DNA of 63,443 nt, counting the filler, from Octopus bimaculoides (lineage: Eukaryota), in assembly GCF_001194135.2 (NCBI RefSeq). It is 5 parts of 5 records of this genome, joined end to end, with 100 filler letters (N's around TTAATTAATTAA, not from the genome) between each part and the next. Parts side by side here need not be neighbours in the genome. Positions count along the whole stretch, not along the records: positions 7,516 to 17,941 come from NC_069009.1; positions 18,042 to 42,504 come from NC_069001.1; 3 more parts are not named here. One strand, 5' to 3'. The stretch's first letter is position 1, and the number at the start of each line of letters is the position of its first letter. Positions 12,290-25,266 of the stretch are shown here, piece by piece. Made by a program: the position numbers and the translations under genes. The notes under the pieces were generated by a model. The model searched no databases and was not told the origin of the DNA. It worked only from the letters and a program-made list of their open reading frames with translations.

Positions 12290-12908
12290 TATATAATGTG
12301 TGTATTTCACTTTCTATATATATACACACATATATTTTATATATATATGTATATGTTATATATATTTCATATATTAAATATATATGGGCGCAGTCAAATG
12401 AGCGAAACAAGTAAAAGAATAAAAGGTTGTGTGTGTGTATATATACAGTTATTTGGGCTCAGTTGTGTCTCAAAATTAACGAACTTGTGTGATTTATTAC
12501 CTTTTTTTTTTAAAGAGGGAAACATTCCCACCAATGTAGAATGATTCACATCCATGTGGGAACTGTAATGAAAGCCAACACACTGGCACGTTTGCAGGAA
12601 TTTCTCTTAACTCCTTTTCTCTTAATCTATATTTCCCAAGAATAAACTTCTATTCGTTGGCTTTATTGATCTTTTCGAACAAAGAGTAGACTGTACAATG
12701 CTTGTATACAAATGCAGTGTTGCATGATATAGACCCAAGGAGGCAATGCGTACACACGTGCGTGCATGCATTTGTATTTATGCAGACGTTAGGTATACTT
12801 AGTGTATATATACTTAGTTTAGCAAATGCATAGCAGTGCCCAGGTGGGGACTAGGTCCACAGCATGAAGACTGGCTGTAAGAAGAATCCAAGGCGAGCTG
12901 ATTTGGAG

Positions 12909-13094
12909 GTTGTTGTTGTTGTTGTTGGCACCCCATCGCTTACGACGTCGAGGGTTCCAGTTGATCCGATCAACAGAACAGCCTGCTCCTGAAATTAACG
13001 TGCAAGTGGCTGAGCACTCCACAGACACGTGTACCCTTAATGTAGTTCTCGGGGATATTCAGCGTGACACAGAGTGTGACAAGGCTGACCCTTT
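12909..13094 (-). mobile_element. SINE family C, 3' portion with (CAA)n tail
   Basis: Homologous to the 3' half of 38223-38603. Confidence 0.9.
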
Positions 13095-13160
13095 TGGAGT
13101 GGTTGGCGTTAGGAAGGGCGTCCAGCTGTAGAAACTCTGCCAGATCAGATTGGAGTCTAC
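13095..13160 (+). mobile_element. RTE LINE 3' UTR fragment
   Basis: gagtggttggcgttaggaagggcgtccagctgtagaaactctgcc is shared with the RTE tail at 42631-42800. Confidence 0.8.
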
Positions 13161-13544
13161 CAAATCCACGAAATCTGCCCTCAACTCAGACTGAACCCAG
13201 AACCATGTAGCTACCACACAGCCACGCTTGCGCCTAATAAAAAAAAAATGTGCACCCTGTCTCCTTTTATATACACACACACACACACACACATACACAC
13301 CCTGCTTAACCAGACCAAACTACAGCATAACGCAATCTTGCATCACATTAAAACTTACCAGACAACATTACTGCCCCTTCTACCCCTACATACTGTCGTG
13401 GTAGTATAGACACATACACACCCACCAGGCACAATCATATAAACCTTACATAAAGACACCACACACACACACATACTTGTACTCAGTCACTCACTCACAC
13501 ATGCTATGTATGTCTATCTGCATATGTGAGTGTATATATATATA

Positions 13545-13800
13545 AATATGTCATCTTGTCTATTTCTTTATATATCTATCTGTCTATCTCTTTATATATC
13601 TATCTGTCTATCTCTTTATCTACCTATCTGTCTATTTCTTCATATATCTATTTATCTCTTTATCTACCTATCTGTCTATTTCTTCATATATCTATCTATC
13701 TCTTTATCTATCTGTCTGCCTATCTATCCATCTATCTATCTATCTGTCTAGCTCTTTATCTGTCTATCTCTTTATCTATCTATCTCTATATCTGTCTGTT
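13545..13800. repeat. (TATC/TGTC)n tetranucleotide repeat
   Basis: Visible in sequence; a similar tract lies at 30160-30247. Confidence 0.9.
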
Positions 13801-14342
13801 TGTCTAGAATAGACAACAATTCTCTCCAGCAGACCATATCTAATTACTCAAACACAACCCCCACTGGTTCCTTACAACAGTATTTATACACACACACACA
13901 CACACACACACACAATATGTGCTTATGATTTTAACGTACCCATTCTCTGTCCAAACTTGCCACACCATATAACTACAGTACACCCTGTCTAACCAGTTGA
14001 CAACAGATCTGCGAACCACACACCCATCCAAACACACACACACACACACACATGGTTGTACAGACATACACTTGCTCATACACACACACACACCTTTGGA
14101 CACACATTTGTTCATAACACATGCACACAGGCCTATACTCATACACAACACACACATGCTCATATACATACTCTCACACACACACGTGTGTGCTCATACA
14201 CATATGCACGTTCATATTCACACAGTGGCATTCTAAAATACTGTTGGACAACAATGGACATAATTACATACATACATACATGCATGCATGCATGCACACA
14301 TACATATATACATGTGTTTATTTTTAGAAATGGGCACATGTG

Positions 14343-14785
14343 TAGCTGTGTGATGTAGAAGTTACGATTCCCAACCACATGGTTCTGGGTTCAGTCCCAC
14401 TGTCTGGCATCTTGGACAAGTGTCTTCTATAGCCACAAGCTGACTGAAGCCTTGTGAGTGAATTTGGTAGACGGAAACTGAAAGAAGCCCATTGTGTGGT
14501 CAGAAGTTATGCTTCCCAACCACATGGTTCTGGGTTCAGTCCCACTGTGTGACATCTTGGAGAAGGATCTTCTACTATAGCCCTGGGTTGGCCAAAGCCT
14601 TGTGAGTGGTTTCGGTAAACAGAAACTGAAAGAAGTGTGGTGAGAAAATTAGTTCCTAAGCGCATGGTTCTGAGTTCAGTCCCACTGTGTGGCACTTTGG
14701 GCAAGTGTCTTCTACTATAGCCCTCAGACAACCAAAGCCTTGTGAGTGGATTTGGTAGACGGAAACTGAAAGAAGCCTGTAGTGT
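14343..14785 (+). mobile_element. Head-to-tail trimer of the family A SINE 5' half
   Basis: Three ~145-bp units starting near 14343, 14493 and 14636, each running from (t)gtgtg(g)t to gaaactgaaagaag. Confidence 0.9.
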
Positions 14786-14797
14786 ATGGTGGTGGTG

Positions 14798-14930
14798 TGG
14801 AAATGTGTGGCTTAGTGATTAGGATGTTGCACTCTTGATCGCAAGATTGTAGGTTCAATTCACAGACCGGGCGATACATTGTGTTCTGGAGCAAAGCATT
14901 TCATTTTATATTGCTCCAATCCATTCAGTG
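14798..14930 (+). mobile_element. SINE family E, 5' part
   Basis: tRNA-like head followed by tgtgttctggagcaaagcatttcattt, homologous to 49270-49603. Confidence 0.7.
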
Positions 14931-15620
14931 GTGGTGGCTGTAGTAATGATGGCAGTGGTGGTTAGGATGGTGTAGTGTTGTTCAGTGGTGGTATTTATAT
15001 TGTTAGTACCAGCAGTAGTGGTGGTGATATTAGTAACAGTAGCAGCGGTGGTTGTTGTTGTGGTGGTGGTAATGGGCTTGGTATAGAAGGTAATAGATGA
15101 TGATGATGATGATTGTGGCACTGGTGGTGGCAGCGGTAATCGTAACGAGGTTAACAGGGTTTTAGAAATCTTTGATGATGATAATGATGATGATAATGAT
15201 GATGTCTGCTGCAGTGGTGGTGGTGGTGGTGGCAAAAGGTGGGTGAGCTAACGACGGTGCTAGCGTTAATAAGAATGACATGAACAATAACTCGTTTATT
15301 TTAATTATAGACCTGCTATTAAAAGCTCTCTCTCCCCTCACACCAAACTGCATTGTAATTATATCCTCACCATCATTATTATTATTATTATTATTATTAT
15401 TGATATTTTGACTCAGGTTTGTTCCTAATTCTGGTAGAATTTATGCAGGTAGCGGGTTACTGCTAGTAACGTTAGACATCCACAATCTTTCAATTCTCTT
15501 TCAAGTGCCGAAAACCCTCTTTATAGTTTTTCCTGTCCTTAAGAGGCAAACTTTCTGTAGAAGCTTGTCTTATTATCATTATTATTATTGTTGTTGTTGT
15601 TGTTGTTGTTGTTACTTAGA

Positions 15621-15740
15621 AAGGTGGTGAGCTGGCAGAAACGTTAGCACACCGGGCGAAATACTTAGCGGTATTTCGTCTGCTGTTACGTTCTGAGTTC
15701 AAATTCCGCCAAGGTCGACTTTGCCTTTCATCTCTTCGGT
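15621..15740 (+). mobile_element. SINE family B, 5' half
   Basis: aaggtggtgagctggcagaaacgttagc...gagttcaaattccgcc...gcctttcatc. Confidence 0.9.
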
Positions 15741-15998
15741 TACAGGGACATAAACACACCAGCATCAGTTGTCAAGCGACGTTGGGGGGACAAACACAGA
15801 CACGCAAACACATGCATGTATATACATATATATACGATGGGCTTCTTTCAGTTTCCGTCTACCAAATCCACTCACAAGGCTTTGGTCGGCCCGAGGCTAT
15901 AGTAGAAGACACTTGCCCAAGGTGCCACGCAGTGGGAATGAACTCGGAACCATGTGGTTGGTAAGCAAGCTACTTACCACACAGCCACTCCTGCACCT
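15739..15998 (-). mobile_element. SINE family A, 3'-truncated
   Basis: Family A homology; abuts the family B copy in opposite orientation. Confidence 0.9.
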
Positions 15999-16092
15999 GA
16001 TAATGATAATAATTAACATCATCATCATTATTATATACTTGTTCAATATTTGGTAGTATAAGGCAAATTTCTACTGCATCACCTGTTGCAGC

Positions 16093-16150
<58 letters not shown>

Positions 16151-16152
<2 letters not shown>

Positions 16153-16380
16153 GGCAGCGAGCTGGCAGAATCATTAGCACACTGGACTAAATGCTTAGTC
16201 CATTTTTACGTTTTGGTTTCAAATTCCGTCAAGGTCGACTTTGCCTTTCATCCTCTCAGAGTTGATAAATTAAGTACCAGTGAAACACTAGGGTTTTATG
16301 CAACCAGCTAGTCCCCTCCCAACAAAACTGAGGCATTGTGCCTTTAGTAGAAAGGATTATTATTATTATTATTATTATTC
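16151..16380 (+). mobile_element. SINE family B variant with (ATT)n tail
   Basis: Family B head and gcctttcatcc...gataaattaagtaccag domain; tail gtagaaaggattatt. Confidence 0.85.
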
Positions 16381-16749
16381 AGTTGTCTAACATCTGTTGC
16401 GTGCTTTCACTGCATTAACAAGCACATTCTCTCTCTCTCTCTGGTGCCCCAGGTGTATCCTGTTCTTTGTGTTGGTTGAAATTAACCCCACCCACCCCTT
16501 TCCCCGATGCAGTTTGTCTGCAGCACATTGCAACGGTGTTACTTGTCTTCATTTTCTTTTTGTTGTTTCTCTGCATGTTTGTAAGTCCTGGTTGTTTCTT
16601 TTGCCTATGTCATGGAATTGCTTGCATGCTTATTAAGGTCGGTGGATTCGGCTAACTGCCGTAACCCTCTCTCCTGTCTCAAATTCTCTGACCTTGTGCC
16701 TAATTCAGAAACAATTATTATTATTATTATTATTATTGCTGTTAGTATA

Positions 16750-17323
16750 GGCGTAGGGGTGGCTGTGTGGTAAGTAGCTTGCATACCAACCACATTCCAG
16801 GTTCAGTCCCACTGCATGGCACCTTGGGCAAGTGTCTTCTACTATAGCCTCGGGCCGACCAAAGCCTTGTGAGTGGATTTGGTAGACGGAAACTGAAAGA
16901 AGCCCNNNNNNNNNNNNNNNNNNNNNNNNNNNNNNNNNNNNNNNNNNNNNNNNNNNNNNNNNNNNNNNNNNNNNNNNNNNNNNNNNNNNNNNNNNNNNNN
17001 NNNNNNNNNNNNNNNNNNNNNNNNNNNNNNNNNNNNNNNNNNNNNNNNNNNNNNNNNNNNNNNNNNNNNNNNNNNNNNNNNNNNNNNNNNNNNNNNNNNN
17101 NNNNNNTGTATGTATGTATGTGTATATGTTTGTGTGTCTGTGTTTGTCTCCCCAACATCGCTTGACAACCGATGGTGGTGTGTTTACGTCCCCGTCACTT
17201 AACGGTTCGGCAAAAAGAGACCAATAGAATAGGTACTAGGCTTCCAAAGAATAAGTCCTGGGGTCGATTAGCTCGACTAAAAGGCGGTGCTCCAGCATGG
17301 CCACAGTCAAATGACTGAAATGA

Positions 17324-17328
<5 letters not shown>
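16750..17328 (+). mobile_element. SINE family A, full length, internal microsatellite gapped
   Basis: The 5' and 3' halves lie on either side of an N gap. Confidence 0.9.
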
Positions 17329-17359
<31 letters not shown>

Positions 17360-17361
<2 letters not shown>

Positions 17362-17560
17362 GCCAGGCGAAATGCTTGACAGCATTTCGCCTGTCTTTAC
17401 GTTGAGTTCAAATCCCGTCATGGTTGACCTTGCCTTCTATCCTTTCGGCTCAATGAAATAAGTACTAGTTACACACTGGGGATCAATGTAATCGACTCAT
17501 CCCCTCCCCCAAAATTTCAGGCCTGGTGCCTCCAGTAGAAAGGATTATTATTATTATTAT
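17360..17560 (+). mobile_element. SINE family B variant, 5'-truncated
   Basis: Family B homology; tail gtagaaaggattatta. Confidence 0.8.
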
Positions 17561-17678
17561 TATTGGGGTTAATGTAATCAATTAGACTTACCCCTCACCC
17601 TCTAAGTCAAAAACGACTATCATCGCCATCATCATCATCATCACCATCACCATCACCATCGCTGCAACTGCAGCAGCA

Positions 17679-17722
<44 letters not shown>

Positions 17723-18047
17723 GACTGCTCTTAAAACTGGTGGCATAAAGAGTACTGTTAATTACTATTATTACCGTTGGTGGTGGTATGAAATACAGTC
17801 GAGGTTGTTGTGCTAAAATGTCTTGAAGTATTTCCATCTAAGGATAGCAATTAATAGGAATGGTAGGCTGTGAGTTGGCAGCAGAATACAGCGGAGCCTC
17901 AGACGAAATAGCACGTGGCATTTCGTTACATCAGTTTATCTNNNNNNNNNNNNNNNNNNNNNNNNNNNNNNNNNNNNNNNNNNNNTTAATTAATTAANNN
18001 NNNNNNNNNNNNNNNNNNNNNNNNNNNNNNNNNNNNNNNNNACATGT

Positions 18048-18108
<61 letters not shown>

Positions 18109-18198
18109 TATATAAACAAAAATATATACATATATATATAAACAAAAATATACACATATATGTATACATATATATATATATATTTATATACTTATATT

Positions 18199-18260
<62 letters not shown>

Positions 18261-18499
18261 TATATGTATATGTGCATATATACACACAGGGAGACAGACA
18301 GACAGATAGAAGCACACACACATGGGGAAAACTGCAAAAACTTTCAAAGTTTTGTAGGAGACGCTGTTACGTCCTAAATTGTGTTAATTCTAGTATGTCA
18401 TTACAATATATATCTAATAAACTGATCTGCCGACGTTTGTTAGTCCCGATTAAAAGAGACGGTTCTAACAGCTCTTTGAACACAGCATGTCACAGCTGA

Positions 18500-19174
18500 C
18501 TAGATTTGCAGAATGAATTTGAGACATGAAAACTAAATGATAGCAGGCGGTAAAATATAATGTTTTGTTAAACTAGGCATAAACGCTACAGAAATTTATG
18601 AATTGCTTCAGACTGCTTATGGACGAACTTGAAGCAGTCAAATATCTGTCTTTCTCTGACACAAGAGAACAGACATTGTAAGATCACCGAGATCACGATG
18701 GTTCCTTTTTCGACATCAAGAGCAACATCTAGATATACAGGGTTTCTTCTGAGCGAATCTTCAACAAACAAAAATTTGTGGGTTTTTTTTAGTAATTCTG
18801 GTAGAGTTTTAGTTGCTAAAGGCCAGAGTACCTGCGCCAGGATGATGTACCATTTTACAATTCTATTCTGGTAAGGAACTACTTAACAGAGATGGACGTA
18901 AGAACATTCATTCACCTTTCCTACAGGGCAGATTTTGTTCCCTGTGAATTTTGGTTGTTCTGCAAGTCGAAAGACGAGATGAAGGAGGTTATGACAAGGG
19001 CAATGAACACTTTCACCTGGAGGAACTTGCTCGGGGCCATCATGAAGAGGCTTGAGCCCTGCATTGAAGTGCATTGAAGTCGAGCATCCTATTTTCAAGA
19101 TAACAGTGTTGTACGTTTTCGAAATTAATAAGTACCTCTCCTAAAAAAGTCTCCAACCTTCCGAAATACACCTC
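18500..19174 (+). mobile_element. Highly decayed, internally deleted mariner
   Basis: Remnants VKLGINATEIYELLQTAYG (N-terminal HTH region) and HLSYRADFVPCEFWLFCKSK (the HPPYSPDLAPCDFWLFPKLK motif), plus the C-terminal CIEVH..ASYFQD. TIRs were not confidently located. Confidence 0.75.
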
Positions 19175-19248
19175 TACACACACAGTCACACACACGCCAG
19201 CGCACACACAGACACACATGAAAAAACACACACACATATCCATTCACA

Positions 19249-19312
<64 letters not shown>

Positions 19313-19313
19313 C

Positions 19314-19358
<45 letters not shown>

Positions 19359-19533
19359 TGTATATATGTTTCTATGTATATATATATATTTCTAAATAGA
19401 TATAGTTGTATCTATATATGTATGTATATATATGTATACATATATTCATACAAATACATACATACATATATACATACATATATAGATACTAGTATATTCA
19501 TTTAGAAATATATATGTACACATACACGCATAT

Positions 19534-19628
<95 letters not shown>

Positions 19629-19981
19629 AATTCATATACATACAGATATATACATGCCCCTATATTACTAGCTACACATAATTGCCAATATATGTTAATC
19701 GAGTTATAAGACAGAACGCGGCGCGCGGACATTTAGCCATATTTCAATATAATGACGTGTCACAAGACAAAGATATTAAGTGTAGAGAAAATATTATAGA
19801 TTTTGAGACTAATTCGACATGACTGAATAGCTCTTTAGAGTGAGATATTTTAATTGAATTGTTACTGAAAATTAATGATGAATATGCTATTATATTTCAC
19901 TGTTCTTGGAAATTAGTTATGCACCAACTGTAGTAAGTATCTCCTCTCTTTTCCTACAAAGCATTATGGACACAGATACGC

Positions 19982-20013
<32 letters not shown>

Positions 20014-20024
<11 letters not shown>

Positions 20025-20234
20025 TGTTGGCACTCCGTCGCTTACGACGTCAAGGGTTCCAGTTGATCCGATCAACGGAACAGCCTGCTCGTGAGATTAA
20101 CGTGCAAGTGGCTGAGCACTCCACGGACACGTGTACCCTTAACGTAGTTCTCGGGGATATTCAGCGTGACACAGTGTGACAAGGCTGACCCTTTGAATTA
20201 CAGGCACAACAGAAACAGGTAGTAAGAGTGAGAT
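20014..20234 (-). mobile_element. SINE family C, 3' portion
   Basis: Homologous to 38223-38603. Confidence 0.9.
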
Positions 20235-21496
20235 AAACAAACGTGAATTTTGGTGAAAAACTGAAACGAGAAGATAAAAAATAAAAGTAAAAAACCGGGA
20301 TGTTTATCACCTGTGCCTGCTGAAATTAAAATTACTCTAGCTGGTGTAATATAATATAGCGGAGAGGAGGCCAGAATGTATGAAAATGTTTTTCAATCTA
20401 CTGAAAACTTCGTCTTTCAATTCGACGAAAGAAATCTCTACAGCTGTTTGGCATTTGCTAAAAATTTCAGATCTGAAATTAAGTGTTGTGATGCAATCCT
20501 AGGATCTAAAAAACAATATGTAATCTTTCAGTTGCGAATAACTACCAGCTCTTTTATCCATGTATATGGCATAGATTTCTCTAGGATTCTCCACTTCAAA
20601 TCCCGTACATCGCTAGCCAACTTTTGTGGCTTCATTTTTATTAGTGTGTTGGAAATAAAACTGGCGGTTTGGCATCACGTTATCTAAAATTGCCTTCGCA
20701 TATACCGGCATGATTATCCTTTTCAATTACATTATATTGGAGCACTACTGTCTCGTCCCCTCCATAAACGACTGAATTCATCAAACATATATAATCGAGA
20801 GGCCAAGCTTCATGTCTCGATTGTTACAACTGAAAGTGGGCCCTTTGTGTGACTTGTGAGTCATAATGTCCTTTATACTAGGGCAACAGCTGTATAATCT
20901 AGTGCTTTAGGGTTCGGTTTCGCATATATCCGAGGGAGCCTTTACGTCCGAATGCAATGATCTACAGGAATACGTTTAATATATTTGCTAACTAAAAAGT
21001 ACTTGGATTCGTCAGGATGCACCGATTCTTACATTTTGTGAAGAATTTCTGATCGTTATTTACTGCTAGCGACAGGGTACGAACTGTGGTTACTTTTGAT
21101 TCTTTTTCCAGTCGTCATTCCGTGGGATTATCAACCGGGAAAACTGCGTTTAATCCATTTAATCAATATGCAAACATTTGAGACACCCGAACGAGGAGCT
21201 TAAAACATCCATCATTAAAATTTAGACATTCTTGACCAATATTTGCACATTAAAACTTCATAGATATTCGAGCATTGCTATCATATATCATGTTTGATAT
21301 TCTTCGTTTGCTAACTTTCCCAGGAATTTGACAGCATAATTACTGAGAGAGAAAGAAGAAAAAAAAAAGACTTACTTGGCCAAGCTTAGGAATTTATCTA
21401 AATAAGCCTGAATTTAGCTCGTAAGCACTTCACCGTTATTTTGACAAGATGAAGAGACTGATTATGTTTTGATATCTCAAGAAAGTTTATTTGAAG

Positions 21497-21643
21497 TTTC
21501 TTCTTCTTCTTCTTCTTCTTCTTCTACTTCTTTTTCTTCTTCTTCTTCTTCTCCTCCTCCTCCTCCTCCTCCTCCTCCTTCTTCTTCTTATTCTCCTCCT
21601 TCTTCTTATTCTCCTCCTTCTCCCCCTCCTCCTCCTCCTCCTC
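21497..21643. repeat. (TTC)n/(CTC)n trinucleotide repeat
   Basis: Visible in sequence. Confidence 0.9.
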
Positions 21644-23044
21644 CNNNNNNNNNNTCCTTGCCCTCCCCTCTGTTCTTTTTGCTTGCGCAAACCTCTTCAT
21701 CAAAATTCTGTTTCGTTGTCCTAGCCCTTTTGCATAATGGCGAAAATACCTACTTTATCTACAAGACGTTGGAGAGAAGTTTAATTAAAGGGTCAATAAA
21801 TTCGACTGACTTTATTCCAAGAAATGATTTATGGGAAAAAGCCAGCTAATGAATCATCCGTGTAGTTTACGTGATGCAGCAGTAAATAACTAAAACGGAA
21901 TAGAGAACTCACATTTATACGATGAAGCTTTATACAGTTACCTCTCACAAACTAATCAACGGTTGCATGAAAGAAATAAGGAAACAACTGAAGAACAAGG
22001 AAAGTATTCACAAATTAAGATTGATCCACGTGATCCCTCTGAGTAGCTCTGACATATATTGCTAAGAGTTTACGTCAATGAGTATATTTTAAAATGCGTC
22101 TGTCTGTTTGTCTCTTGGTTTATCTGTTTGTCTGTTTGTTGGTATGATTTACGTTTGTGTCAACTCTCGTTTAAACTCCGCTGTGCATACATGCATTTAG
22201 TGATGTATAAATATATAACTATAAAACCGATAAAATAAGTGTGAACAAAAATCAAATGAAATGACTCACAAATTAAGTAATATCTATATGCAGCCTTTGA
22301 AATGTCATCACTTTCCGGATATCAATGTACATCAGTAAATATATTGCAAGAGATAAAAATGCTGAAAAGCAAGAGAAACGACTCACAAAGTAAGAAGAAC
22401 CTATATGAACCCTTTGAAAGGCTGTGATATTCATAACTAACATTGATGTTTGTGAATATACCCTAAGACAAAATATAGCTACAATAATGTCGAAGTAAGC
22501 AAAAAAAAAAAAAAATGGAGGAAAAAACTCTAAGTGTAAGTGATAACTATATGTAGCCTCTGAAACTGTAGGATATCCAGGACTAAAAGTGTTGGTCAGT
22601 GAACATTAACCTAAAATGAAACACATTTAAAAACGATGAAAAAAATGTAACTAAAGACAATAGAAAAAAAAGAGTCACAAATTTATCGGGATCCAGATAT
22701 ATATGATTGCTCCTGATTTTCAGGACGACCTGTGTATGTCTGTGGTATGCACAAAAATCAAATGTAAATATTCAACAAGGAGGAGGAGGAGGAGGAGGAA
22801 GAGAAGAAGAGGAAGATAACAACAGCAACAACAGTAAAAGGAACAAGTAATCAATTTTAAATCTATCTCTTCTTGAACTGCTAAGTTACGAACGCGTAAA
22901 CAAACCAACATTCATTGAGCGGTGAACAAGGAGACGCAAATACAAGCACAAGCAAAGAACACACAAACAAACACACACATATACACTCACACATACACTC
23001 ACACATAAAAGCACACACGCACACGCAACAGGTTTTTCACGCAG

Positions 23045-23280
23045 TTTCTTATTTCTTTACTGCCCACAAGGGGCTAAACACAGAGGGGACAAACAAGGAC
23101 AGACACACGGAATAAGTCGATTATGTCGACTCCAGTGCTTAACTGGTACTGATTGAATCGACCCCGAAAGGATGAAAGGCAAAGTGGACCTCGGCGGAAT
23201 TTGAACTCAGTTCGTAATGGCAGACGAAATACCGCTAAACATTTCGCCCAGCGTGCTACCGATTCTGCCAGCTCACCACG
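23045..23280 (-). mobile_element. SINE family B, full length
   Basis: tRNA-like head, GCCTTTCATCCTTTCGGGGTCGAT central domain and ...gtgggcagtaaagaaataag tail. Confidence 0.92.
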
Positions 23281-23289
23281 CTTTCCACG

Positions 23290-23420
23290 CAGATTCTGTC
23301 GACTGAAACCACTCATAAGGATTTGGTCGGCCCGTGGGTTTAGTAGAAGACAATTAATTGCCCAAGTTCTTGCTCAGCAGGACTGAACACGGAACCCTGT
23401 GGTTAGGAAGCAAACTATTT
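23290..23420 (-). mobile_element. SINE family A, decayed 5' half
   Basis: Family A homology. Confidence 0.75.
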
Positions 23421-23544
23421 CTCCATAGAACGAATGCGCATTTGTCCATTTTCGTGCCTGCGAGTGTGTCAATATGTACATACATATTATTTGCTTTGCA
23501 CATCTTATCAAGCACAACGCTGCGCAAAACCATTATATCCGCCA

Positions 23545-23764
23545 TTACCACAACCACCGTTACCACCACCGACACTACAACCACCACCACTACCACCACC
23601 ACCACCACTACCACCACAGACATTATCAACATCATCGTTATTATCATCATGATCATTATCATCGTCATCATTATCGTCAATTCTATCGCTGTCTTTATAG
23701 TCCTTAGCGTTAAAATCATCCTCATCATCACCATCACCACTACTATGATCATCATCGTCATCAT

Positions 23765-23796
<32 letters not shown>

Positions 23797-23816
23797 TNNN
23801 NNNNNNNCGTCATCAT

Positions 23817-23862
<46 letters not shown>

Positions 23863-24250
23863 AGCAGCAGTATAGCCAACACTATAACCAGCTTCATAAT
23901 CGTCATCATTATGATCAATCTTCTCTTCTTCATCATCATCATCAATATTATCATCATCGTCGTCATCACCATCTTCATGAAAACCATGAAAGAGGAGGAG
24001 GAAGAGGGGGAGGAGGGCAGAGAAGAAGGAGGTGGAGGAGGAGAAAGAGGAGGGGAGAAGAAGAAGAAGAACAACAACAACAAGAAAAAAGAAGAAGAAG
24101 AGCAACAACAATAACAACAACGCAAAAGAAAAAAGCATGTCTCCAGCATCTGGCTGAAATCAGTAAGACAATAAGAGTAAAACAAGCACAAAAAGAGCAA
24201 GTGCAGCAACAACAACAAAACTACCAACAACAACAACTACAACGGCAGTA
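23545..24250. repeat. Compound trinucleotide repeats (CAC/CAT/CAG/GAG/CAA)
   Basis: Visible in sequence; this is the source of the poly-His/Gln/Ile ORFs. Confidence 0.9.
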
Positions 24251-24999
24251 ATTTAAACATAAACAATTCTTATATCACAACCATTGCTTAACTGCAAACA
24301 AATCCTCATTGCAGCGCATATTTTTACGCATACAGTCACGATTTACTACATTACTGCAGTGCTATTACTGGCGCATTAGCAGACTTGCAAATATCTTTGT
24401 AATGCGCTTAACTGCACCAATGCAAGTGCGTGACAAGTTATGAAGCTTCCTTAATCGGCCCTTAGTAAGAACCGGAAGTACAGTAACGCCACCTCTCCTT
24501 CCCACTGGCTCACCGTTATATGTGATATTCCATCCCTAAGCACACGCACGCACACACACGGGCACATATACTCACATGCATGCACTTTCACACACGTATG
24601 CATGGGTCCATAATCGTTTTCATATTTACGTAACATGAAAACTAAGTAATAAAGAATATATTTATTCGATGTATCGCACCAACATGGCGTCCTTCTGTGC
24701 ATTAACTCGTAAGCATATCTGTCTGTCTGTGAGTCTGTCAGTCGGTGTGTCCGCCTGTCGGTCTATCGTTCTGCCGTTCTTTTCCATGTTTACGTCTCTT
24801 GTTTCTCCCTTTCAAACTACGCAGTACATCTCTGCCTGAATATGTAAGTATATATATATATATGGGTGTAAATGCATACATACATACACACACTCACACA
24901 TACATACATACATACATGTATGCATACATACATACATACATACATACATACTATACATACATACAAACATACATACATACACACACATATACACACATA

Positions 25000-25230
25000 C
25001 ATGGTTGGCCAAAGGTCACCTCGTAGCAAATTAAAACCATTTAATTCCAAGATTTATTTATGTTCAAGAATTGAATGAATATAATAAACACATCTAAATA
25101 TGAAACATCATGAAATTTGTTCAAACTGAAGTTCTTCTTGAGCGACGCCATTTTTTCAAACGAATAAATAAAATTGAATATTAAGTATTTATGGAAACTT
25201 GATTTACTGTCAGGTTAATTTTGGCCAGCC

Positions 25231-25233
<3 letters not shown>
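25000..25233. mobile_element. Tc1/mariner-type MITE
   Basis: Imperfect ~22-bp TIRs (CATGGTTGGCCAAAGGTCACCT vs the reverse complement CAGGGCTGGCCAAAATTAACCT), flanked by TA at 24998-24999 and 25234-25235. Confidence 0.8.

Positions 25234-25265
<32 letters not shown>

Positions 25266-25266
<1 letters not shown>

Noticed and set aside
23358-24251. 297-aa poly-Thr/Ile/His/Gln ORF, and the poly-Met/His ORFs at 37345-38136
   Set aside because: These are trinucleotide-repeat translations with no non-repeat domain or splice support.
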